A stretch of DNA of 39,152 nucleotides from positions 1-39,152 of the forward strand of contig JBLIBC010000002.1 of the NCBI GenBank assembly GCA_047632015.1, read 5' to 3'. The translations under genes and the position numbers were made by a program. The stretch comes from Glaciecola sp. GTDB lineage: Bacteria; Bacteroidota; Bacteroidia; Flavobacteriales_C; GCA-002722245. This document shows positions 16,544-25,343 of the stretch, in pieces (position 1 is the stretch's first letter; each line of letters begins with the position of its first letter). Under the pieces are notes generated by a model. It was given only the letters and a program-made list of their open reading frames with translations. It made no database searches and was not told the origin of the DNA.

Positions 16544-17512
16544 TTATTTTACAAAATCTACAATTACACTTCCTGTTTTATGTCCACCACAGGCGTAACT
16601 ATAAGCTTCGTGGATTTCTTCAGGTTTATAGTGTCTGTCAATCACTGCCTTAAATTGAGCTTTTTCGATGAGGTTTTTTACGTATAACAAACTTCTTTTA
16701 CAGTCGGAAGGAATTGGAAAAATGACTCTTTTGCCTCCTTTTATTTTTGTGAATAAGGGCAAGTACAGGTTTTCCGAATTTGGCCCTAATTCAGACGATA
16801 CGTAAATACCTTTAGGGAGTAATAACTTTTTACATTTCCCAAAAGTACTTTTACCGACTGCATCAAAAACAAAATCGTATTTTTCGTTATCAATTTTTGT
16901 AAAGTCTTCTGTTTCAAAATTATAAACTTTGTCAGCACCTAAAGATTTTAGCAACTCTAAATTTTTAGTATTCCCAACTGCTGTGACTTGAATGTCTAAG
17001 CTTTTTAGAATTTGTAAAGCAGCACTACCAATTGCTCCTGTGGCCCCGTTAACTATCACTTTGTTCCCTTTTTCAAGATGTACTTTGTTAATGAAATTGT
17101 AAGCATAATGAGCGCCTTCGGCACAGGAAACCGCTTCATCATATGGCATTCCTTCTGGCATTAATACAACAGGCTCTTTTTCATTAATGGTTAAGTATTC
17201 CGCTTGAGAAGCTAACCCTTGATCGTCAAGTCCCCAAACTCTATCACCCACTTTAAAGTTTTTCACATGCGTTCCCACGGCTTCAATTTGTCCTGAAAAA
17301 TCCGTTCCAGGTACTTGTAATGTGGGTTTAAATAAACCTATGAACAAGCGAATTAAATACGGTTTGCCAGTAAGTCCTCCCCAATCAGTTCTGTTCACTG
17401 TGGTGCAATGCACCTTCACAAGAACTTCATTTTTTTTAGGAATAGGCTTGTCAATTTCTTTTACTTCAAGAACTTCGGGAGTTCCGTATTGGGTTCTGAT
17501 GATTGCTTTCAT
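16544..17512 (-). CDS. Zinc-type alcohol dehydrogenase / quinone oxidoreductase family (MDR) NAD(P)-dependent oxidoreductase
   Basis: 322 aa. Motifs EVLVKVHCTTVNRTDW, GDRVWG and Rossmann GATGAIGSAALQ. Confidence 0.85.
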   Translation of the reverse strand: MKAIIRTQYGTPEVLEVKEIDKPIPKKNEVLVKVHCTTVNRTDWGGLTGKPYLIRLFIGLFKPTLQVPGTDFSGQIEAVGTHVKNFKVGDRVWGLDDQGLASQAEYLTINEKEPVVLMPEGMPYDEAVSCAEGAHYAYNFINKVHLEKGNKVIVNGATGAIGSAALQILKSLDIQVTAVGNTKNLELLKSLGADKVYNFETEDFTKIDNEKYDFVFDAVGKSTFGKCKKLLLPKGIYVSSELGPNSENLYLPLFTKIKGGKRVIFPIPSDCKRSLLYVKNLIEKAQFKAVIDRHYKPEEIHEAYSYACGGHKTGSVIVDFVK

Positions 17513-17762
17513 GAGGGAGTTTAGGGGGGAAGGTAAGGAATACTAAAAGATATACTTTTGCAATTTGAACTTTAGCGTATACTCGTTTAACTACTCTAAT
17601 TGACAATTCTTGGCCAATACCAGCGGCATTTCCCATGTCTTCAGTGACGTGAAATACAGCATATGGACTGGCTGAAAATAAACGGTCATAATAAACAGAA
17701 GTGCTGTCGTTACCATCAAAATGTTCAGGAAGGTCCACTGATCTTTTAAATGGCAAAAACAC

Positions 17763-17957
17763 TTAAACAAAAAATGCTGGGTTGTTGTATTCTCTTTTTG
17801 CCGGTATCGCATTGGCAAGTCGAGACCTGTAAACGCCGCCATTTAAACTGAATTTAAAAGGCACCACTTCCATTTTGTGTTTGGCTTCTTTTAGACCGGC
17901 AAAAGCGGCATTCGATGAAAGTAAAATAACAGTTATTAGGGCAATAGTAAATTTCAT
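17763..17957 (-). CDS. Small signal-peptide protein, possibly the 5' fragment of a gene interrupted by an in-frame TAA
   Basis: Signal peptide MKFTIALITVILLSSNAAFA. The ORF ends at TAA (17765-17763), and the same frame stays open for a further 98 codons (17762-17466). Confidence 0.4.
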   Translation of the reverse strand: MKFTIALITVILLSSNAAFAGLKEAKHKMEVVPFKFSLNGGVYRSRLANAIPAKREYNNPAFFV

Positions 17958-17991
17958 GCGGTAGGTAAATTGGTAGCGTTAAAGTGTCAGT

Positions 17992-19747
17992 TTACTGTTT
18001 TACTAAAGTAGCTTTTTGTTCAGATCCTGAGTTTTCATTGAGAACCACTAATAGATATATTCCTGGTACAAGATCACTTAGATCAAGCTTTGCGTTAGCA
18101 GCTGTTGACCTGTGTTGAATGACAACTGACCCCGCACTACTTATCACTTTAAATTCATGCATTCCGTCTTTGTTCATCTGCACATTAACCACAGAGGATG
18201 ATGGGTTTGGATAAACTGTAGATATCAGCGAATTTTCCAAATTGTCAACAGAAGTGACAATTACTGATTCACAAAATGAGGTGTCCACGCAACTGTTTTT
18301 ACTGACTTCTACAGCGTAACTTCCTGTCACTGCAGAGGCATAAGAAATGTCAATCTCATTAGGGACAAGGGAATAAGAATTATTACAGTCTAACCATTTG
18401 TAGCTTGCATTAGTTTGGTTAGACGTTAAAGCACCTAGGATTCTTGTGACGTTTTTATTGATGCTCGTCACATTTAGAGTGACAGTAATAGAGCTGTCAC
18501 AACCGTTCAAAGCAGTGTAAGTTTTACTGTATACTCCATCTGTTTTTTGGTAGTCCCCATGAATGCCCACGCTGTCCACATAGCAAATAGAAAGAGAGCT
18601 TGTTTTTTGAAAATAATTGGTAGAGTCTGTTATGTGCAATGGGATCGATAAAGTGTCAATTTGATATGGGCTACAAGTCTTGTTAACTGCAATCAATTTT
18701 ACGTTTTGAAGTCCAGGACAATTAAAGGTATGAGTAGGATTAACAACATTAGTAGTGCTTTCGTCTCCAAAGCCCCAAAGAACAGAATCCGTACTTGCAC
18801 TTAAATTTCCAAAGCTGATGGTAGCGTTAAAAGCGGTAATATCGTAATAAGGAACTAAAGGACTGTAGGTAAATAGAGCTCTTGGAGTAATACATCTCAC
18901 GGTGTCAATGTAGGTAGCTTTTGTCATTGCAGTTTTGCCTGCCACGACATTACCTTCCACTTCCAATACAGGAACACCTGCATTGGTATCAAACCAAGCA
19001 TACTTTACGAGGGTATCTAGCTTTCCACTGGTTACTTGGGCTGTATGCAAACTATAAGACCGGTAAATGATCGTTTTTACTTTAAGTACCGAGGCGTAAG
19101 TTTTGTATAGTGTCGTTAAACTTCCCCAACCTTCCACGTGATTTACTCTTTTTCCGTTAACCACATTTTTAAAGTTTATTCCTTGCTCATTCAAATCAAT
19201 CGCAAAAGGATAATTGTTTACTGTCTTTTCCAGCGTACTGTATAGGAAAGCTGTAAACGCTATACTCGTTGCTATACTGAATAGGAATCGTTATTGGCAA
19301 AGCTCCTTTTTGAATAGTAGTACCAAATATTTTATACACAAGCTCTGCACTGTGTTTTTTATAATGGTGTACTATGTTTTTGAAAGTGATTGTTCCAATT
19401 ACCAAGGAGTTTAACGCTTGTTCCCCTAAATCAGTATATGTCGAAAATTTGGAATTACAACCAAGTAATATGCTGTTGGCAGCGCACCAAGTATTTTTAT
19501 AACCACCCTCTTATGGAACAATCCATTTAGTATCACTTTGAGAATTTACAACCAAGCCTGAATAGTCCCAAGTAATACTGGCTCCGGTAGTGTCAAAATT
19601 TTGATTTTGTAAGTTACTTACAACGTTGGATAAGTGTATGCTGTCTCCTGCACTGGAAAAACTGCTTGAATTGTATGTTATTTGAGCGAATGAAATGGTA
19701 CTTAAAAAGCTAAAAAGTACTAGAGCGAATGTTTTTTTGATCATCAT
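17992..19747 (-). pseudogene. T9SS-sorted surface protein disrupted by one in-frame stop and one frameshift
   Basis: Three collinear ORFs: 19511-19825 (signal peptide MMIKKTFALVLFSFLSTISFAQ from 19747), 19196-19405 and 17992-19194. The first two are in one frame, separated only by TAA at 19513-19511. The third is shifted by one frame somewhere in about 19195-19260. The C-terminus VYPNPSSSVVNV...GIYLLVV...ATLVKQ is a T9SS sorting domain. Confidence 0.6.
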
Positions 19748-19974
19748 AAAATTCAATTTATATATTACGACTGTTTTAAAATAGCGAAGCTTCCTATTAT
19801 AGGTGAACAAGCACCAGATAATCACATACGTAGCAATTCAAATAAAGTTACGTTTTAGGGCAATAAATTTGTTCAGTCGTAATATTTGTTGTATATTATA
19901 CTGGTTATCAATCAATTTGAATTACAATTAACTTCAATATATATTGTACACCACTTAGACTAGACTATAAAAAA

Positions 19975-19999
19975 GGCGCTCTGAACAGGCGCCTTTTTT
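19975..19999 (+). terminator. Orphan intrinsic terminator in a divergent intergenic region
   Basis: GGCGCU-cugaaca-GGCGCC (5 G-C pairs plus one G-U on the plus strand) followed by T6 and preceded by A6. No annotated gene on either strand reads into it. Confidence 0.55.
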
Positions 20000-20077
20000 G
20001 TGTTTGATTCTCAGTACAATTTGCGCTTACTTTTTGTACTTGGAAGTGATGTTAATAAGGTTTAAGTATATTTACTC

Positions 20078-22303
20078 ATGGCTAAAAAGCATGGCTTGTT
20101 TCGTAAAATTTTCGTCAAATTAGGATTGCTTTTTTGCATTTCAATCGTTTTATTATTTGGCTTTTATCACAGCGTAAGTTTTGGTTTTTTTGGTGAGCTA
20201 TATTCCAAGGAAGACATCGCGTCTTTTCAAAACGACCAAGCGTCCATTGTATATTCAGAAGACGGAAAAATAATAGGTAAGTATTTTAGTAAAAACAGGA
20301 CAAATGTTAAGTTTGATGACATTCCATCTCATTTGATTCATGCCTTAGTAGCCACAGAAGATGCCCGGTATTATGAGCATGAAGGAGTTGATTCTAGGAG
20401 TGTATTGAGGGTGTTGGTAAAATCGATTTTGCTTCAAAACAGACATGCAGGTGGCGGCAGTACAATTACCCAACAATTGGCTAAAAACATGTACGGACGC
20501 AAGGGGTTTGGAATAATGACCATGCCCGTAAATAAATGCAAGGAAATCATTTTGGCAGGACGAATTGAATCTATTTACAACAAAAATGAAATATTAGCTC
20601 TGTACCTTAATACCGTTCCTTTTGGTGAAAATGTTTACGGAATTGAAGCTGCTGCAAAGCGATTTTTTAACCAATCAGTAAGTGATTTAAAAATTCAAGA
20701 ATCTGCTATGTTGGTAGGTATGTTAAAAGGCAATTCTTTGTACAATCCAAGGTTGCATCCAGAACGTGCATTGTCCAGAAGGCATGTAGTATTGAACCAA
20801 TTGTATCGTTATGGATACATTAATGAAGAGGTGGTGGATTCATTACGAGAGCTTCCTTTAACATTAGATTATGCTAATTATAATGCCGAGGGAATTGCTA
20901 ATTATTATTTGTTTCAGTTGAAAAAAGAGGCAATAAAAACATTAGAAAACTTGAATGCTCAAGCGGGAGTTAATTACGATTTAGAAAAGGATGGTTTAGT
21001 AATTCAGAGTACTTTGAATTTTGAGTTACAACATGCTGCAGCTAGTTCATTTAAGGAACATTTGGGTGTGATGCAAAGGCGACTAAAAGCCGAGTATAGT
21101 GATAAGGGACAAGCCAATGAGTTGAGTGAGTTAGTTCAAATGGAATACGATAAGCTGGGGATCACTAGCGACGCTGTTCATCCAGTTGACCTGTTTTCGT
21201 GGGATGGGTTTTACACCGATTCAATTACCACTCGTGACAGTTTAAGACAAGCATTGAGTTTACTTCATGCTGGTTTAATTGCTATTAATCCTGCCGATGG
21301 AGCAATTAAAACATGGGTAGGAGGTATTGATTTTAGAACGCAGCCGTATGATCAAGTTTTGGCAAAAAGACAAATGGCATCGACCTTTAAACCGTTGTTA
21401 TATGGGGCGGCCATTGAAAGTGGTATTGAACCCTGTGATTATATAGATAACAGTCCTTTTTCATTGACTGATTACGAAGGCTGGACACCAGAAAATTACG
21501 ACCATGAATCTGGTGGAAAGTATTCCGTTGCCGCAGCATTGGCCTTTTCTAAAAACTTACCTACGCTGCATTTATTTTTTGAAATGGGTTTTGAACGGTT
21601 AGATTACTTATGGAATAAAATTGGTTTTACTTCGGTGTTAGAAAACAAACCTTCGGTTGCTTTGGGCACAGCAACCGCCAATTTAAAGGAAGTAGCTGTT
21701 GCTTATGCCATGTTTGCTAATGGTGGTTTCAAAGTAAATCCCTATTGTATTCAGTCCATAAAAACTGCATCGGGGGAAATTATTTATGCTAATGAGCAAA
21801 GCTTGAAAAGGGAAAAATTAATCCAAGATCAAACCGCTTTTTTGATGAATGCAATTTTGCAAAAAGCGATTCAGGAAGGAACAGGGACATCGTTGCGAAA
21901 TAAGTATCAAGTAAAAATTCCTTTGGCTGGAAAAACGGGTACTGCTCAGTCTTTTTCAGATGCTTGGTTTGTGGCTTATAATCCCAACATAGTGATGGCT
22001 TCAAGAGTAGGAGCCAATTCTCCCACGATACATTTTAAGGATGGCTCGAATGGTTCGGGAGGTAAACTAGCCTTGCCTTTGGTTGCACAAACCTTTGCAA
22101 AAACTCAGCGTAATAAAAGCTTGAGCAAGTTGTTGTTTAAGCAATTTCCAACCTTACCGAAGGAATACATTGATGCACTTGCCTGTGATAATTTTAAACC
22201 TGACAACAAGCTTATTCAATTTTTGGATCGTTTTAAAAAGAAAGAAACGACTTTAAAAAAGAAGCAAAGAAAACGTACAAGGAAAAAAATTAAACTTTTC
22301 TAG
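20078..22303 (+). CDS. mrcA: Class A penicillin-binding protein (transglycosylase / transpeptidase), PBP1A family
   Basis: 741 aa. GT51 motifs ATEDARYYEHEGVD and GGSTITQQLAKN. Transpeptidase motifs STFKP, SKN and KTGT. Basic C-terminal tail. Confidence 0.92.
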   Translation: MAKKHGLFRKIFVKLGLLFCISIVLLFGFYHSVSFGFFGELYSKEDIASFQNDQASIVYSEDGKIIGKYFSKNRTNVKFDDIPSHLIHALVATEDARYYEHEGVDSRSVLRVLVKSILLQNRHAGGGSTITQQLAKNMYGRKGFGIMTMPVNKCKEIILAGRIESIYNKNEILALYLNTVPFGENVYGIEAAAKRFFNQSVSDLKIQESAMLVGMLKGNSLYNPRLHPERALSRRHVVLNQLYRYGYINEEVVDSLRELPLTLDYANYNAEGIANYYLFQLKKEAIKTLENLNAQAGVNYDLEKDGLVIQSTLNFELQHAAASSFKEHLGVMQRRLKAEYSDKGQANELSELVQMEYDKLGITSDAVHPVDLFSWDGFYTDSITTRDSLRQALSLLHAGLIAINPADGAIKTWVGGIDFRTQPYDQVLAKRQMASTFKPLLYGAAIESGIEPCDYIDNSPFSLTDYEGWTPENYDHESGGKYSVAAALAFSKNLPTLHLFFEMGFERLDYLWNKIGFTSVLENKPSVALGTATANLKEVAVAYAMFANGGFKVNPYCIQSIKTASGEIIYANEQSLKREKLIQDQTAFLMNAILQKAIQEGTGTSLRNKYQVKIPLAGKTGTAQSFSDAWFVAYNPNIVMASRVGANSPTIHFKDGSNGSGGKLALPLVAQTFAKTQRNKSLSKLLFKQFPTLPKEYIDALACDNFKPDNKLIQFLDRFKKKETTLKKKQRKRTRKKIKLF

Positions 22304-22514
22304 TAGCATATAAATTCCAAATATTTTAGAACAACAAGAATCTTTTTCCCAGTCGATGAAATGGAATTTACGTCTGGATAGAATAGATTCTCAAGAAACG
22401 AAAAGTAAATAAAATGTATCGTTTTAGTGACGTCACACATTATCACGTTTTTTACTTGACATTAGTTGACGAGAATAGTACTTTCGTGAAACTCATTTTA
22501 TAAACAATTTTTAT

Positions 22515-24740
22515 ATGAAAAAAGGATTACAATTATTATCAGTTATAACACTGCTTCTTTTTAGCACTTCAATTTCGGTTGCTCAATGTGACGAGTTTGT
22601 TGAAATTGGCATAAGCGAACATTTATTGTGTCCAGGTGAGGAAACAAGCCTGAATGTTTATACAGATGAGATTGATAAAGTCGCTTGGGATTTTGGTGAT
22701 GGTTCCAGTTCAGATGATCAATACCCCAATAAAAGTTATGATACTGAAGGTGATTATGTTATCACATGTACCATTACTAACAACTGTGGAAAAGACACCG
22801 TACTTACTGATTCGGTCGTGGTGAGTAACTCACAGCCTTTTAAATTCCCTTCGGCAACAATTAATGTGGACAATCCTGTTTGTGTGGATGAGCAGTTTAT
22901 CATGTCAGTTGAGAATGCTTATGGAGATCGAGAAATTAGATGGAACTTAAGTGCTGGAATTACTGATTATAGAGAAGATCACGGACTTGAATTTAGTTTT
23001 TCGGCTGTTGATCAGTATGCCATTGAAGCAAAAGTAACCGATGCGTGCGGCAACGATTCAATTATTCACGGAATTGTTGTTGTTGCAAATAAAACGTCTT
23101 TTGATGGAAGTGTTAGAATTGACAAGAATGACAGTTTGTGTAAAGGAGAAAAAACTGGTTTTTATGTCAACAGCAATGCAAAACATTATGAGTGGTCATT
23201 TTCGGATGGTCAAAATAGCAAGGAAGCAAGTCCATATGTTGCTTTCTCTACAACAGGTAACATCACTTTTAGTGTAAAATTAACTGACTACTGTGGGAAT
23301 GATACTACGCTGAATGATTCAATTTATATTAAAAGTGGAGGTGGAGTTTTTAATGGTTGGGTTTCTCTTTCCGTTCCAGATTCAATTTGTTTAGGTGACG
23401 AACATGAGTTTCAAGCAGCTGTAAATGGTGCAGGCTCAGCTACATTAACTTTTGGAAATGGCGACACTGTGACCACCACAGATGAATATTATAATTACAC
23501 TTATGCGCAAGCAGGAAAGTACGAAGTTACTTTGATAGCAAAGGATCAATGTGGTAACTCTTCTGAATTACATAAAGACTCAGTAGTAGTTGGAACACTT
23601 GGGGAAAGGGAAAATATTCATTTTGAAGATTTTCTTCCAGATTCAGTTTGCCCGGGAGATCAAGTGTTTTTGTTCAATGATGACCTGGAAAAACATGCGT
23701 CTGCTGACTTGTGGAATTTAGGAGACGGTACGGTAAGTAATGAGAAAATCATTTCACATGAATACGCAAGTGCAGGAACTTATAAAGTCACATTAAGTAT
23801 TGTCGGAGTTTGTGGAGATAAAATGGAGATTATAGATTCAATTTATGTGGGGACTGACGTGAAAATTTCTGAAAGAATGGATTTTTTCGATGATGGAGGA
23901 CTTGAAGTAGTGGATAACGAACTTTGTTTAGGTGATTTTGTTTCGGTGTTCACATTTTATCCTGGAGAAGAAGTGGTTCATTTTGGTGACGGAAACCAAG
24001 GAAGCTATGAAGTTGATTCTCTTGCTGTGTTTGGTGAGGGTTTGAAATTACCAATTGGTTTAGCACATCATTCATATAGCGCAAAAGGGAATTACATTGC
24101 TTATTCAATTATTGAAAATGGTTGTGGAATTAAAGACACGGTGCATAGCGAATTAATCCAAGTAAAAGGCAATGTGGCTGTAGATGCTAGTTTAGACCTT
24201 GGGATTGAAAGCGAAGACAACGATACCATAGTACACTGCACGAATAGAGATGTTGTATTTCTAGCCGATGGAGGGAGCTCATATAGCTTTGATTTTGGTG
24301 ACGGAACTACAAAAGTAGTTACTGGAGGTCAAGCAATTTTTATGGAGCATCAATATGCTGCTTTGGGAACTTACGAGGTAAAAGTTACCATTTCTAATAA
24401 TTGTGGAGACAGTGATACTGATAACTTGATGGTGTATGTTACTACTGAATGTACTAAAGTTGATACAGGCACAGGAGGAGTAAACGGAATAGTTGAAATA
24501 TCATTAGCTACCTCGGTTTATCCAAATCCAACAAATGACGTTGTTAATGTAGACGTTAGTTCATTTGGAGGTTCAGCCGTGTTAGTGAAAGTTTTTAATG
24601 TTCATGGACAATTATTATCAACGACTACTGGAACTGGAGATATTCAGCAAATTTCTCTAAGAGAATTTGGAACAGGGTTGTATTTTGTTTCTGTGAAAGG
24701 TGAAGCAGGGTCAGGAGTGTCGGTGGTTCAAGTGAACTAG
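22515..24740 (+). CDS. PKD-repeat surface protein with a T9SS C-terminal sorting domain
   Basis: Signal peptide. At least six PKD-like repeats (WDFGDGSSS, WSFSDGQNS, TFGNGDT, WNLGDGT, HFGDGNQG, FDFGDGTT), each followed by a C-G-N/D-D motif. C-terminal VYPNPTNDVVNV...GLYFVSV...VVQVN. Confidence 0.85.
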   Translation: MKKGLQLLSVITLLLFSTSISVAQCDEFVEIGISEHLLCPGEETSLNVYTDEIDKVAWDFGDGSSSDDQYPNKSYDTEGDYVITCTITNNCGKDTVLTDSVVVSNSQPFKFPSATINVDNPVCVDEQFIMSVENAYGDREIRWNLSAGITDYREDHGLEFSFSAVDQYAIEAKVTDACGNDSIIHGIVVVANKTSFDGSVRIDKNDSLCKGEKTGFYVNSNAKHYEWSFSDGQNSKEASPYVAFSTTGNITFSVKLTDYCGNDTTLNDSIYIKSGGGVFNGWVSLSVPDSICLGDEHEFQAAVNGAGSATLTFGNGDTVTTTDEYYNYTYAQAGKYEVTLIAKDQCGNSSELHKDSVVVGTLGERENIHFEDFLPDSVCPGDQVFLFNDDLEKHASADLWNLGDGTVSNEKIISHEYASAGTYKVTLSIVGVCGDKMEIIDSIYVGTDVKISERMDFFDDGGLEVVDNELCLGDFVSVFTFYPGEEVVHFGDGNQGSYEVDSLAVFGEGLKLPIGLAHHSYSAKGNYIAYSIIENGCGIKDTVHSELIQVKGNVAVDASLDLGIESEDNDTIVHCTNRDVVFLADGGSSYSFDFGDGTTKVVTGGQAIFMEHQYAALGTYEVKVTISNNCGDSDTDNLMVYVTTECTKVDTGTGGVNGIVEISLATSVYPNPTNDVVNVDVSSFGGSAVLVKVFNVHGQLLSTTTGTGDIQQISLREFGTGLYFVSVKGEAGSGVSVVQVN

Positions 24741-24762
24741 GTAAGGTAATATAAGGATTATG

Positions 24763-24798
24763 AAGCAGGAAGAATTGATTTTCTTCCTGCTTTTTTTT
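24763..24798 (+). terminator. Rho-independent terminator of the PKD-repeat gene
   Basis: Perfect 10-bp stem GCAGGAAGAA / TTCTTCCTGC (24765-24774 / 24781-24790) with a 6-nt loop, followed by T8. Confidence 0.85.
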
Positions 24799-24947
24799 GA
24801 CCCAAAAGTTCCAAGGTCCTCGGTGTACCTTTGATATTATATTCCTGTGGTAATTATTTTATAATTACTGCTTAACCCAACCTTTTTTATTTGAAGGTTC
24901 GATTGCATGATCAAATCATGATCATTGGGCTATTCAACTTGACAATT

Positions 24948-24960
24948 ACACACACACACA
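24948..24960. repeat. Dinucleotide repeat (AC)6.5
   Basis: ACACACACACACA read directly at 24948-24960, in the long intergenic region upstream of the sugar cassette. Confidence 0.9.
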
Positions 24961-25343
24961 TTTAACTAAACTAATCACGATGAAAAATGTAACGAAGTTA
25001 ATTTTGAATGATAATGCGTTGTGTGTACCATTCATTAGCAGGTACGAATCTCGTATCAAAAAGGTTAGGTCGAAGCTGATTATCCATAATAAAGAAGCCC
25101 ATGTAGTATAATTTAATGCTGTCTTATTAGCCCATTAAATAACAGATTTGTCTTGTAAAGCAAACAGTTATTAAGCCTTAAGTTGCGGTTTCACATTGTT
25201 ACCACCAGGTACGATTAAAGTTTTACTTATTTGGTGAAGTAAAAATCTATAAATTGATTAATTTAGCGCTTTCTAGTAAAAATTGAGCATTTTGGACTTG
25301 CTTTAAGATTTAACAACGTCCACTTTACTAAACATAAGTAAGT

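Noticed and set aside
17591-17842. 83-aa minus-strand ORF overlapping the interrupted secreted-protein frame
   Set aside because: It has no signal or motif content, and it is out of frame with the signal-peptide ORF. It probably exists only because the region is an open, decaying sequence.
22515-24740. Nucleotide-level tandem repeats, or a diversity-generating mechanism, in the PKD-repeat gene
   Set aside because: The repeats are recognisable only at the protein-motif level and the DNA copies are highly diverged. There is no template repeat and no reverse transcriptase nearby.
24896-25051. tRNA-like T-loop strings (GGTTCGATT at 24896-24904, GGTACGAATCT at 25041-25051), considered as a tRNA gene or integration scar
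   Set aside because: The flanking bases cannot form the 5-bp T-stem or an acceptor stem. No anticodon arm could be built.
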